A stretch of DNA of 64,000 nucleotides, taken from NCBI GenBank assembly GCA_014384285.1, contig JACNGE010000014.1, forward strand, positions 212,513-276,512, in the 5' to 3' direction. Shown piece by piece: positions 19,175 through 30,922 of the stretch. This stretch comes from Actinomycetota bacterium (lineage in GTDB: Bacteria > Actinomycetota > Acidimicrobiia > Actinomarinales > Actinomarinaceae). The notes beneath the pieces are model-generated. The model saw nothing but the letters and a program-made list of their open reading frames with translations, was not told the origin of the DNA and did not search any database. Position numbers and translations under genes: made by a program. The stretch's first letter is position 1. Each line of letters starts with the position of its first letter.

Positions 19175-20263
19175 ATGGACAGAGGATATATTTACGTCAA
19201 TAAGAATAACCTTCAACACAATATTGAATACCTGAATAATTTTACATCAAAGGAACTTTGCATTGTAGTTAAAGCGAATGCTTACGGGCACGGAATAGAT
19301 TGGACTGTAAGAACTGCTATTGAATCAGGTATAAACTGGTTTGCCGTCGCTGCTCTAGATGAAGCAATTCTTGTTAGGAACCTTTCAGATGATATTCGTA
19401 TTCTTTTGCTCTCTGAGCCCTCAATAACAGAGTTGGAAAAGATAGCAACCTACAATGTAGATGTAACTGTTTATAGTGAAAAGTTTATTGATGCAATGAT
19501 AATTTCTAAAGATTCATATAAAATTCACCTAAAAATTGACACCGGGATGCACAGAGTAGGATGTAGTCCTGAAAATTTTGATAATTTATACGATAAGATT
19601 ACTTCTTCCAAAAATTTGAGCTTAGAAGGTATATGTACCCATTTTCCTGTTGCAGATACCGATAAAAAACAAACTACTGCATCTATACAAATGTTTAAGA
19701 ATACAATCTCAAAAATTAATGTTGACCAACTTAGAATCCACGCGGACAATTCTGCATCGAATACTTATAATAATGATCAAGTTTTTAATATGGCAAGGGT
19801 TGGGCTAGCCACATATGGTTATACTATTTCACCAGTAAAGGCTTTGGATGGGCTTAAGAGGGTAATGGAGATAAAGACAAGAATATCAAATATTCAAAAT
19901 AGAAAAAAAGGAGAGGCCGTTTCTTATGGCAAAGCTCATATCTTAGAACAAGACTCTTTAATTGCTACAGCCCCAATAGGATATGGCGATGGATATCCCT
20001 GGAACTCCTTTCCTGATGGAAAAGTCATAGTAAAGAATAATTTCTGTAAGTTAATTGGAAGGGTAACTATGGATCAGATTTTATTTGATGTTACAGGATT
20101 GGATGTCAATATTGATGATGAGGTTATTATTTTAGGGTCCTCATCTGATAATTCGTTAAGTATAACTATAAGAGACATTGCAGCATGGAACAAAACTATT
20201 GAATGGGAAATATTAACAAATATTAAAGATAATCGTTTAAACCGGGTAGAAATTGATATCTAA
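19175..20263 (+). CDS. alr: Alanine racemase
   Basis: VVKANAYGHG, HLKIDTGMHRVG, PIGYGDG, GRVTMDQ. Confidence 0.97.
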   Translation: MDRGYIYVNKNNLQHNIEYLNNFTSKELCIVVKANAYGHGIDWTVRTAIESGINWFAVAALDEAILVRNLSDDIRILLLSEPSITELEKIATYNVDVTVYSEKFIDAMIISKDSYKIHLKIDTGMHRVGCSPENFDNLYDKITSSKNLSLEGICTHFPVADTDKKQTTASIQMFKNTISKINVDQLRIHADNSASNTYNNDQVFNMARVGLATYGYTISPVKALDGLKRVMEIKTRISNIQNRKKGEAVSYGKAHILEQDSLIATAPIGYGDGYPWNSFPDGKVIVKNNFCKLIGRVTMDQILFDVTGLDVNIDDEVIILGSSSDNSLSITIRDIAAWNKTIEWEILTNIKDNRLNRVEIDI

Positions 20264-20657
20264 AGAATTAAAACAAGAAGATTTACAGACTTTTGCTGAG
20301 CAGTTCATCTTAGACTTAGCAATCCCTTCGGTGGTTGGGCTTAAAGGTACACTCGGAGCAGGTAAGACTACGCTAATTAAAAATCTTATTCACGCACTTG
20401 GTGTAAATGAAAAAGTTACATCTCCCACCTTTAATATTGTAAGAACTTACAAAAACGATTTACTTAATATATATCATGTAGATCTATACAGATTAACCTC
20501 TATACATGAGTTTTTAGATTTAGATCTTCCTTTAAACGAGGAAAACACGTTATTTTTTATTGAGTGGTCTGATATGATTCCAGAATCAAAATCTAAAGGT
20601 TGGAGATTTCTAGACATAGAGGTTATAGATGAGACAACTAGGAAAGTAAGCTATTAA
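20253..20657 (+). CDS. tsaE: t6A biosynthesis ATPase TsaE
   Basis: GTLGAGKTT, VTSPTF, HVDLYRL, IEW. Confidence 0.96.
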   Translation: MISKELKQEDLQTFAEQFILDLAIPSVVGLKGTLGAGKTTLIKNLIHALGVNEKVTSPTFNIVRTYKNDLLNIYHVDLYRLTSIHEFLDLDLPLNEENTLFFIEWSDMIPESKSKGWRFLDIEVIDETTRKVSY

Positions 20658-20659
20658 TT

Positions 20660-21364
20660 ATGTATAAGCTTTCAATCTCAACTTCAGGCTCATTTATCTC
20701 AGCTTGCCTTCATGAAGATAAATTAATTGGGAGCTTAATTTTTAAATCTAGCCAAGGATCTACAAATTTGTTATTAAATGAAATAGATGAGTTGTTAATT
20801 AAAACACATGTCCAGAAGAAAGATCTTGGTGCAATATATCTTGATACAGGTCCTGGTTACTATACAGGATTGAGAATTGGTTACTCAGTTGCACAGGGAA
20901 TAGGTGGAAGCTTAGGAATACCACTTGTTCCAGTAAATGGCCTTGATTCACTTGCTTTTGCAGCACACACGAGTCATAGAAAAATATGTGCGATTATTGA
21001 TATTAAAAGAGGTGAGTTTGCATTCTGTACCTATAAGCCGGTACCAGGTGGTGTCGTCAGAGAGACTGAACCAGAAATAATTAACTCTGAAAGCCTTAAG
21101 GCAAAACTGTCGGATGATGCAGAAAAAAAACTATTAGTTGGGAATTGGGATGTTATACCTGAATACAATTTACCAAATGATAGCAATGCAAAACTTGCTG
21201 ATCCGAAAGTAGTCACAGCTGAAACAATTTTTTCAGTTGGTGAAAGATTATTTCAAAATAATAAATTTCCAAATTTCAATGAAATATCAATAAATTATAT
21301 GAGGGAGCCAGATATTTCACTTTCTCAATCGGCACTTGAAAAAAAAGTAGAATTTAATGATTGA
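20660..21364 (+). CDS. tsaB: t6A biosynthesis protein TsaB
   Basis: GPGYYTGLRIG, IDIKRGE, C-terminal NYMREPD; between tsaE and rimI. Confidence 0.93.
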   Translation: MYKLSISTSGSFISACLHEDKLIGSLIFKSSQGSTNLLLNEIDELLIKTHVQKKDLGAIYLDTGPGYYTGLRIGYSVAQGIGGSLGIPLVPVNGLDSLAFAAHTSHRKICAIIDIKRGEFAFCTYKPVPGGVVRETEPEIINSESLKAKLSDDAEKKLLVGNWDVIPEYNLPNDSNAKLADPKVVTAETIFSVGERLFQNNKFPNFNEISINYMREPDISLSQSALEKKVEFND

Positions 21365-21800
21365 TCTAATAAATGAATGTGATGAACAACTAGCAAAAGA
21401 GTTAGAGATAATAGAAAATAAAATATTTGGTACAGCTTGGCCATATCAAACAATTCAGTGCAAAATAAATAATCAAGAATTTAAATATTGGACCTATAAA
21501 AAAGATGAAAAGATAGTTGCCTACCTGGGTATACATTTTGTAAATGACTTTATAGAGGTATTAGGCATTGGGGTTATTGAAAAATATAGAAAAAATGGGA
21601 TAGCAAAAAATTTGATGAATGAATTTATAGAATATTTCAATACATCGATGTATCAAAAAATTTTACTGGAAGTCCGTGAATCGAATAGTAAAGCAAAAAA
21701 TTTGTATACAAATTTTGGATTTAGACAGATTTCTAAAAGAAAAAATTACTATAAAACAGAAGATGCCGATATTTACCTAAAGGAAAAAATTTATGTTTGA
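21357..21800 (+). CDS. rimI: Ribosomal-protein-alanine N-acetyltransferase (GNAT)
   Basis: YRKNGIA, LLEVRESN..A..LY..FGF...RKNYY..EDA. Confidence 0.92.
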   Translation: MIDLINECDEQLAKELEIIENKIFGTAWPYQTIQCKINNQEFKYWTYKKDEKIVAYLGIHFVNDFIEVLGIGVIEKYRKNGIAKNLMNEFIEYFNTSMYQKILLEVRESNSKAKNLYTNFGFRQISKRKNYYKTEDADIYLKEKIYV

Positions 21801-22794
21801 AGATAAAGTAATTTTAGGATTCGAGACTAGTTGCGATGAAACTGCTATCGCAGTTATGAAGAATAATAAACTTCTGGTGAATAAAATTTCATCACAGGTA
21901 GATATTCATGAAAAATTCGGTGGGGTAGTTCCAGAAGTTGCGTCAAGAGCACATTCAGAAATGATACGAAACTTATTTCACCTATCTTTAAAAGAGGCTC
22001 AATTAGAACTCTCAGATATTGATCTTATCGCCTCAACTGATGGACCTGGTTTAGTAGGGAGTCTTGTTGTTGGTTATAATTTTGCAAAATCTGTTGCTTG
22101 GTCCCTAGAGAAACCATTTCTTCCAATTGACCATATGGTCGGACATCTGAGTGCACCCTTGATTGAGCATCCACAATTAGACCCACCATTTCTTTCACTA
22201 CTTGTTTCGGGAGGACACTCCCAAATAGTTTTAGTTGAAGAGTGGGAAAAATACGAATTACTTGGGTCCACTATTGATGATGCTGCAGGGGAGGCATTTG
22301 ATAAACTCTCACGATATTGTGGGTTTGGCTTTCCCGGAGGACCTGCGATACAGAAGTTAAGTGAAGGTGGTGATGAGTCAAAAATAGCTCTCCCAAGACC
22401 TAAAACTTCAGGGGAGTTTGACTATTCATTTTCTGGTCTCAAAACAGCTGCTATGTATTATCTGAGAGACTTAAAAAAAGAGGATGAAGTTTCTAGAAGA
22501 GATTTTGCTGCCTCATACCAAGAAGCAATTGTAGATTCATTGATGGGTGTATTTGAAAGGGCTGTAAAAGAAACTAATGTTCCAACTATTTCTGGGGGTG
22601 GTGGAGTAATAGCTAATAGAAGATTGCGTGAAAAACTGGCCATTTTTGCTGAAAAAAATAACAAAAATATTTATCTACCCTCACCAATTCTATCTACTGA
22701 CAATGCAGCGATGATATGTAGTGCAGCTCAAAAGAACCTTACAACTAAAGACTTAAACATCAATGATGTAAGGCTTTCTTCAATAATTAATTGA
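21793..22794 (+). CDS. tsaD: tRNA N6-adenosine threonylcarbamoyltransferase
   Basis: GFETSCDET, GGVVPEVASRAH, HMVGH, DDAAGEAFDK, TDNAAMI. Confidence 0.98.
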   Translation: MFEDKVILGFETSCDETAIAVMKNNKLLVNKISSQVDIHEKFGGVVPEVASRAHSEMIRNLFHLSLKEAQLELSDIDLIASTDGPGLVGSLVVGYNFAKSVAWSLEKPFLPIDHMVGHLSAPLIEHPQLDPPFLSLLVSGGHSQIVLVEEWEKYELLGSTIDDAAGEAFDKLSRYCGFGFPGGPAIQKLSEGGDESKIALPRPKTSGEFDYSFSGLKTAAMYYLRDLKKEDEVSRRDFAASYQEAIVDSLMGVFERAVKETNVPTISGGGGVIANRRLREKLAIFAEKNNKNIYLPSPILSTDNAAMICSAAQKNLTTKDLNINDVRLSSIIN

Positions 22795-22868
22795 AAATAA
22801 AAATACCTTTATAAACGGCACAGTATTAAATTCACAATGTAACAATAAAAATTTAGGAGGTAATGTAA

Positions 22869-24805
<1,937 letters not shown>

Positions 24806-24820
24806 GAACATCAAAAATTT

Positions 24821-24854
24821 AAAAAAAGAGCGGACTTAGATCCGCTCTTTTTTT
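24821..24854. terminator. Intrinsic (bidirectional-type) terminator after groEL
   Basis: AAAAAAAGAGCGGA-cttaga-TCCGCTCTTTTTTT perfect inverted repeat with T tract. Confidence 0.9.
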
Positions 24855-24870
24855 ATAGTATGCTTAAAAC

Positions 24871-25212
24871 ATGACTGGAATCCGTGGTGCAATTGCAGAA
24901 GTTACTAATACTTCAATAGATATCATTGAATCATCAAAAGATTTATTCAAAGAACTTCTTGAATTAAATAATTTAGATATCTCTAAGATAGTGTCTGTAA
25001 TCTTTACTGTCACACATGATTTAACTGAGGCCTTTCCTGCAAAAGCAATAAGAGATCTCGGTTATACGTCAGTTTCTGCAATAGACACATTAGCCCCAAA
25101 CATTTCAAATGATTTAAAGGGTTGCATCAGGATACTTATTCATTATGATGATGACATTGTTCCAAATCATCTTTATCTAGGTGAAGCAAAGAATCTTAGA
25201 CCTGATAGATAA
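24871..25212 (+). CDS. aroH: Chorismate mutase, AroH (Bacillus) class
   Basis: GIRGA, SVIFTVTHDL..AFPA, CIRILIH, HLYLGEAKNLRPD. Confidence 0.9.
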   Translation: MTGIRGAIAEVTNTSIDIIESSKDLFKELLELNNLDISKIVSVIFTVTHDLTEAFPAKAIRDLGYTSVSAIDTLAPNISNDLKGCIRILIHYDDDIVPNHLYLGEAKNLRPDR

Positions 25213-25218
25213 AACTAA

Positions 25219-25246
25219 TTGGCAAAACATTGAAAGATGCTATCAT
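25219..25246 (+). promoter_or_regulatory. Promoter of the aro operon leader (TTGGCA, 16 bp, extended -10 TGcTATCAT); TSS predicted at the leader ATG
   Basis: -35 at 25219-25224, TG 25238-25239, -10 at 25241-25246, ATG at 25254. Confidence 0.6.
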
Positions 25247-25253
25247 AATCACA

Positions 25254-25298
25254 ATGAAATTAAACAATACTTTTTTTTACTTTAGTGAGCACATATAA
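25254..25298 (+). CDS. Aromatic amino acid attenuator leader peptide MKLNNTFFYFSEHI (pheL-like)
   Basis: 14-codon ORF with FFYF run, followed by alternative hairpins and terminator upstream of DAHP synthase. Confidence 0.85.
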   Translation: MKLNNTFFYFSEHI

Positions 25299-25348
25299 GT
25301 TGCCCTAAAGTTGTGTTGTAGTAAATCGGGCAAAGGCCCGATTTTTTT
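25279..25348 (+). terminator. Attenuator: protector 1:2, antiterminator 2:3, terminator 3:4
   Basis: ACTTTAG 25279-85 / CTAAAGT 25305-11; TTGCCC 25300-05 / GGGCAA 25328-33; AAATCGGGC-aaag-GCCCGATTT with T tract. Confidence 0.88.
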
Positions 25349-25362
25349 ATTTAGGAGAAAAA

Positions 25363-26379
25363 ATGATAATCGTTATGAAACAAGCAGCTTCTGAAGAAGA
25401 TGTAGAAAAGGTTAAAAGTAAAGCTATTGAGCAGGGGCACGAGCCTTTAACAATCTTCGGAGTTGAAAGAACAGTTGTTGCCGTAAGTGGCAAAGTAATC
25501 GAAGACAACAGAGCAATCATGAGGTTATTAGATAATGTTCAAGAAGTGATTCCTATCGGTAGACCTTACAAGCTTGCTAGTAGGAGCTACAAAGAAGAAA
25601 GTACTCAAATTAAGATTAAAAATTTAGTAGTTGGTGGTACTGAACTAGCTCTTATTGCCGGTCCAGATAGTGCTGAAACAAGAGCTCAGACACTAGAAAC
25701 AGCGGAAGCTGTTGTAGCAGCAGGTGGTAACGGACTGCGAGGAGGTGCTTTTAAGCCACGAACCTCTCCATATAGCTTCCAAGGACTTGGTGAAGATGGT
25801 TTAAAGATGCTTAAAGAAGCATCAGAAGTTAACAACCTTCCATTATTTAGTGAGATTATGGATGCTCAACATTTATCTATGATGGAAAACTATGTTGATG
25901 TTCTTCAGGTTGGCGCTAGAAATATGCAAAATTTCAAACTATTAGAAGCTGTAGGGGAGTCAAAATTACCTGTACTTCTCAAAAGAGGTATGAGTGCAAC
26001 CTTAGAAGAGCTTCTTCTAGCTTCCGAGTATATTTTAACTGGGGGTAACGAAAATGTGATGTTGTGTGAAAGAGGAATCAGAACCTATGAAACTGCAACA
26101 AGAAATACTTTTGATGTAAACGCAATTCCATTTTTAAAGATGAACTCACATCTTCCTGTAATAGCTGATCCCAGCCACGCAACTGGGGATAGTAAATTAG
26201 TTGAGCCAGTTGCTTTAGCTGCTATTGCTGCAGGAGCGGATGGTCTTTTAATAGAGATTCACCCTAGACCAGATGAAGCTCTTTGCGATGGCCCTCAGGC
26301 GATAGTACCAACACAATTGAATGAGCTAAGTAAAAAAGTTAGTGCTATTGCTAATGTGGTAGGAAGAACGCTCAATTAG
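25363..26379 (+). CDS. aroF: DAHP synthase class I-beta with N-terminal regulatory (ferredoxin/ACT-like) domain
   Basis: MIIVMK N-domain, RGGAFKPRTSPYSFQGLG, QVGARNMQNF, LLKRG, CERGIRT, DPSH. Confidence 0.95.
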   Translation: MIIVMKQAASEEDVEKVKSKAIEQGHEPLTIFGVERTVVAVSGKVIEDNRAIMRLLDNVQEVIPIGRPYKLASRSYKEESTQIKIKNLVVGGTELALIAGPDSAETRAQTLETAEAVVAAGGNGLRGGAFKPRTSPYSFQGLGEDGLKMLKEASEVNNLPLFSEIMDAQHLSMMENYVDVLQVGARNMQNFKLLEAVGESKLPVLLKRGMSATLEELLLASEYILTGGNENVMLCERGIRTYETATRNTFDVNAIPFLKMNSHLPVIADPSHATGDSKLVEPVALAAIAAGADGLLIEIHPRPDEALCDGPQAIVPTQLNELSKKVSAIANVVGRTLN

Positions 26380-26381
26380 AT

Positions 26382-27212
26382 ATGAAGTCAGTCAGAGTTA
26401 TTGGATTAGGCCTAATGGGTACAAACTTAGGCCTTAAGTTATTAACTCAAGGTATAAAAGTATATGGTAATGATACAGATGAAGAATCTGTTAATAGAGC
26501 TTCCAGCTTGGGCTTTGATATAAATGGTTCCGAGGAGACTGTAGATTTAACAGTTCTTGCTATGCCAATAAATAGCATAGTATCATCTCTTAGCTCAAAA
26601 GAGTTAATAGTAAATACAAAAGCTATCGTTGATATAGGAGGAACAAAAGAAAAAATTTGTAATTTGATGGATAGTTATCAAATCCCATCAATTGGAGGCC
26701 ATCCTATGTGCGGGGTTTCTGACAACAGTACTTGGAAGCCAAATCCTGATATATATAATGGTGCAACATTTTTACTATGTGAAACAAAATCAACCGATGC
26801 TGATTCAAAAGAAATAGTAAAGAAAATGATAGAGTTATTAAGCTCTAAAGAAGTATGGATTGACAGGGTTCAGCACGATGAGATAATTTCAATTACTAGT
26901 CACCTTCCTCACCTAATAAGCACAGCTCTAGTGGGAGTAGCAAAAGACAACTACGACATAGGCGAGATTATGGGAATGGCAGCTGGTGGCTTTGATGGTG
27001 CAACTAGGTTAACACGGACTAATCCTGAGATGATTAGAGACATGTACGACACTAACTCTGAAAATATTAATACATTTCTCAAGCACTTTTTGGAAGAGCT
27101 AATGGAATTAATAGATCTCCAGCAAAGAGATGAACTTTTAAACTATTTAAATAATTCAGTCGAATGGCGTAGGGCACTATCAGACAAATTCGGAGAAAGG
27201 CCATTAAGTTGA
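26382..27212 (+). CDS. tyrA: Prephenate/arogenate dehydrogenase
   Basis: IGLGLMG, DIGGTK, GGHPMCG, HDEIISITSHLPH. Confidence 0.92.
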   Translation: MKSVRVIGLGLMGTNLGLKLLTQGIKVYGNDTDEESVNRASSLGFDINGSEETVDLTVLAMPINSIVSSLSSKELIVNTKAIVDIGGTKEKICNLMDSYQIPSIGGHPMCGVSDNSTWKPNPDIYNGATFLLCETKSTDADSKEIVKKMIELLSSKEVWIDRVQHDEIISITSHLPHLISTALVGVAKDNYDIGEIMGMAAGGFDGATRLTRTNPEMIRDMYDTNSENINTFLKHFLEELMELIDLQQRDELLNYLNNSVEWRRALSDKFGERPLS

Positions 27213-28483
27213 TAAATAATAAACTCTCCGGAGAAGTGACAATTATTGGTGATAAATCTATATCTCACAGAGCTATAATTTTTTGTTCATTAGCAGATGG
27301 AATCTCAAGAATTTCAAACATACTTATTTCAGGTGACACAACTGCCACTATCGATATATTCCGTTGTCTAGGTGTAAATATTGATATTGTTGAAGGAAAT
27401 TCTTTAATAATTCATGGGGTTGGACTGCAGGGTTTATCCAAACCAGATTCTAAATTAAATGCCAAAAGTTCAGGAACTACAGCAAGGCTTTTGACAGGCT
27501 TACTATCAAGACAAAACTTTACATCAGAGTTAGTAGGAAGTAGTCAACTCACGAAAAGACCTATGGGTAGAGTGGTTGATTTACTAAATGAGAATGGCTC
27601 TAATATATCTTCTAAGAATGGGTATTTACCAATAAATTTTAAAAAAGGTTTTAGCACTTTCCACTCAATCAACACAAAAGTTCCAAGCGCTCAAGTAAAA
27701 AGTGCGTTGTTAATTGCTTCACTATATCATCAAGAACCCACCGTTATTACAGAAGACATCCCAACAAGAGATCACTCTGAGAGAATGTTGGCCTATATGG
27801 GTATAGGTATTGTAAGAATGGGTACATCCGTTACTGTCCCCCCCAATCAAAAAATTAAACCAGTCGAACTTGATATTCCATCTGACACATCGTCTGCTGC
27901 TTTTCTTATTGCGCTGGGTATTTTATCCTCTGAAAAAATAGTTTTAAGAAAAGTACTTATAAATGAGAGAAGAATAGGTTTTTTAAAAGTTTTAAAAAGA
28001 ATGAACGCAAATATTGAAATAAACAACATAACTGAAATTGGTAATGAAATGGTTGGAGACATAAAGGTTTCAAAGTCAAACCTGGTTGCAACGCAAATAG
28101 AGCCTAGTGAAATTCCAGACCTTATTGATGAGATTCCGATTCTAACATTTATAGCTTCTCAAGCAGATGGCTTAACTACATTAAGAGGAGCAGAGGAGTT
28201 GAGAATAAAAGAATCAGATAGATTAGAAACAATGAAAGACTTCATAGAAGCTTTAAATGGAAAAATAAAAATGTATTCAGATGGATTCGACATTCTAGGA
28301 AAACAAAACCTAGAAGCTGGAAGTATAAAAACAGAAGATGATCACAGGGTTTCTATGACAGCTCTCATAGCTAATATTTCACTTAATAAAAAAATTACCC
28401 CTGACAATATTAAGTGTATTGATGATTCATATCCATCATTTTTTCAAGACCTTGCTCTTCTTGGAGGGGAGATTAATGAATAA
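27209..28483 (+). CDS. aroA: EPSP synthase (3-phosphoshikimate 1-carboxyvinyltransferase)
   Basis: GDKSISHRA, SGTTARL, RPMGRV, SAQVKSA, RDHSERM, ELRIKESDRL, DHRVSM. Confidence 0.97.
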   Translation: MINNKLSGEVTIIGDKSISHRAIIFCSLADGISRISNILISGDTTATIDIFRCLGVNIDIVEGNSLIIHGVGLQGLSKPDSKLNAKSSGTTARLLTGLLSRQNFTSELVGSSQLTKRPMGRVVDLLNENGSNISSKNGYLPINFKKGFSTFHSINTKVPSAQVKSALLIASLYHQEPTVITEDIPTRDHSERMLAYMGIGIVRMGTSVTVPPNQKIKPVELDIPSDTSSAAFLIALGILSSEKIVLRKVLINERRIGFLKVLKRMNANIEINNITEIGNEMVGDIKVSKSNLVATQIEPSEIPDLIDEIPILTFIASQADGLTTLRGAEELRIKESDRLETMKDFIEALNGKIKMYSDGFDILGKQNLEAGSIKTEDDHRVSMTALIANISLNKKITPDNIKCIDDSYPSFFQDLALLGGEINE

Positions 28484-29264
28484 ATTAGGAATACTAGGAT
28501 GGCCGTTAACTACAACCTATTCACCTCTGATACATAATAAATTATTTGAACTCTCTGGGTTGGAGGGAAGTTATCAAATAATTAAACAAGAAGAAATAAA
28601 CTCTCAAATAATATCGGAAATAAATAATGACTTATTAGGCTACAACATCACAATCCCCCATAAAGAAAAAATTATATATCTTCAAAAGTCAGCGATACTA
28701 AGTGCAAGTGTCAAAGATATTGGGGCTTGTAATACGGTATTGAATAGAAACTCAAAAATATATTTATTCAACACTGATTTTTCAGGATTTAAAACATTTT
28801 TAAACTTGATTCAATATGATTTTTGTAAAAAGTCTGTTTTGATACTTGGATCTGGAGGAAGCGCTAAAGCAATTGCTTACACATTAAAATTACAAAACAT
28901 AAATTATTTCATAGCGAGTAGGCATTCAAATGAAAATACTATTTCATATAATGAAATAGTTAAAATTGGCTCGGACATTGATTTAGTAATTAATACTACA
29001 CCTGTAGGCATGCCTCCATTTAATCATGGAGAACTACCAATAAAGTGGAACAATTTACCTAATATAAAAACAGTAATCAATCTTGGGTATGGGTCTAAAA
29101 ATACCTTTCTAAATCAATTTGATGACTCCATTGCTAAATATGATGGATTGGGCATGCTTGTGTGCCAAGCTATAGAGTCATTTAATATATGGACCTCTGC
29201 AGGCTTAAATACAAGTAGAATTTATGGTGAAGTGATAAAGGAATTGGAAAATATAGATGATTAG
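28476..29264 (+). CDS. aroE: Shikimate dehydrogenase (start ATG 28476)
   Basis: SPLIHN, NITIPHK, GACNT, NTDFSG, LGSGGSA, INTTPVGM, GLGMLVCQA. Confidence 0.93.
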   Translation: MNKLGILGWPLTTTYSPLIHNKLFELSGLEGSYQIIKQEEINSQIISEINNDLLGYNITIPHKEKIIYLQKSAILSASVKDIGACNTVLNRNSKIYLFNTDFSGFKTFLNLIQYDFCKKSVLILGSGGSAKAIAYTLKLQNINYFIASRHSNENTISYNEIVKIGSDIDLVINTTPVGMPPFNHGELPIKWNNLPNIKTVINLGYGSKNTFLNQFDDSIAKYDGLGMLVCQAIESFNIWTSAGLNTSRIYGEVIKELENIDD

Positions 29265-30426
29265 ATATTTAACAGCGGGTGAAAGCCACGGTCCAGAGTT
29301 GACAGGTATTTTAGAGGGTATACCAGCAGGGTTCAATGTTTCAAAAAAATATATAGATGACTTTTTACAGAGGAGACAAAAAGGACTTGGCTCTGGTGGC
29401 AGAATGAATATTGAGCAAGATGAAGTTTTGATAACCTCGGGTATAGTCAACGGAGTGACTACTGGAGCACCAATTGCCATAAGAATCTTAAATAAAGACT
29501 GGAAAAATTGGAAAGATAAAGAAATTGAGCCATACATCGTTCCTAGGCCTGGACATGCTGATTTAGTAGGAACAGCAAAATACGATCATGAAGATATAAG
29601 ATTTGTTCTAGAAAGAGCCAGTGCTAGAGAAACTGCAATGCGAGCAGCCATAGGGGCAATAACAGCAGAAATTCTTGAGTCACTTGGAATCAATATCGTA
29701 GGATATGTTACTGCAATTGGAGATATTTCTTATCAAGGAGATCCAAAAGTGAAAATTGACAAACTAAAAGTTATGCATTCTGAAGTTGGCTGTCCTGATC
29801 CTGTAACAAGCAAAATGATGGAGGATAAGATTCTTTTAGCTAGAAAAAATAAAGATACTTTAGGTGGTGCTATAACTTGTATAGCTTCAGGGGTTCCAGC
29901 AACTTTAGGAAGTTTTGTACATTGGGACAAAAAACTAGATGCAATATTAGCAAAGCAATTTATGTCTGTTCAAAGCGTAAAAGCAGTTGAAATTGGTAAG
30001 GGTGTTGAAGTGTCAAAAAAATATGGTACGGAAGTACAAGACCAGTACTCAATTGATGAAAAAAAAATAAATAAGATTTCAAATAACCTAGGAGGTTTTG
30101 AAGGGGGAATGTCTAACGGTGAAGATATTTACATTACTGCATACCTTAAACCAATTAGTACTACACTAACTCCCATAAATAGTATTGATTTGGTAACAAA
30201 AACTGAAACTGAAACAGTTTATGAACGCTCAGATACCTGCGCAGTACCACGAGCAATACCAATTTTTGAAGCAGTTATGGCTTTTGAAGTTCTTAATAAT
30301 TTACTACTCAAAACAGGTGGTGACAACAAGAAAGAGGTTTTAAAAAACTACAATAACATTCCAAGTCTTGAAGTTGATGATTTCAACATGAAAAATGAAG
30401 TATGGAATATGAATTATGACAACTAA
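29257..30426 (+). CDS. aroC: Chorismate synthase
   Basis: TAGESHG, PRPGHAD, ERASARETA, GGFEGGMSNG, ERSDTC. Confidence 0.98.
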   Translation: MIRYLTAGESHGPELTGILEGIPAGFNVSKKYIDDFLQRRQKGLGSGGRMNIEQDEVLITSGIVNGVTTGAPIAIRILNKDWKNWKDKEIEPYIVPRPGHADLVGTAKYDHEDIRFVLERASARETAMRAAIGAITAEILESLGINIVGYVTAIGDISYQGDPKVKIDKLKVMHSEVGCPDPVTSKMMEDKILLARKNKDTLGGAITCIASGVPATLGSFVHWDKKLDAILAKQFMSVQSVKAVEIGKGVEVSKKYGTEVQDQYSIDEKKINKISNNLGGFEGGMSNGEDIYITAYLKPISTTLTPINSIDLVTKTETETVYERSDTCAVPRAIPIFEAVMAFEVLNNLLLKTGGDNKKEVLKNYNNIPSLEVDDFNMKNEVWNMNYDN

Positions 30427-30922
30427 CAAGACGGCTTACGTTGTTGGTTTCATGGGTTCTGGAAAGTCGTCTATTTTGAAAGTTATAAACCAATCGACAA
30501 ATATTAACACTGTTGATTTAGATGAACTAGTTGTAAAAGATAACGGAGAAAGCATTCTAAAAATATTTAGAAACCACGGTGAAGAATATTTTAGAAAAAA
30601 AGAGGAAGAGTCTTTTTATAAAATTAAGAATATGCCAGAAACAATAATATTTCTGGGCGGGGGCTCGCTAGTTACAGATTCAATCAGAACCACTATCCAA
30701 CAATCTGAAAATTCTTTTTACTTACAAAATTCATTTGATAATTTGTGGGAAAACATTAAAAACAGTGACAGACCATTAGTAACTACAGGAAAAAAAAATG
30801 TAATGAAAATTTATAATGAAAGACTAGATAGTTACGAACAATGTAAAAATACTATAGATATGTCAAATAGTAGTTTAAAAGAAGCATCTAAGTTAATAGT
30901 GAGTCAGCTAGGGTGGATTTAA
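30416..30922 (+). CDS. aroK: Shikimate kinase
   Basis: GFMGSGKS, DLD, GEEYFR, LGGG, DRPL. Confidence 0.95.
   Translation: MTTNKTAYVVGFMGSGKSSILKVINQSTNINTVDLDELVVKDNGESILKIFRNHGEEYFRKKEEESFYKIKNMPETIIFLGGGSLVTDSIRTTIQQSENSFYLQNSFDNLWENIKNSDRPLVTTGKKNVMKIYNERLDSYEQCKNTIDMSNSSLKEASKLIVSQLGWI

Noticed and set aside
25271..25278. Poly-T tract as a phase-variation site
   Set aside because: Explained by consecutive TTT Phe codons of the leader peptide; homopolymers are common at this AT content.
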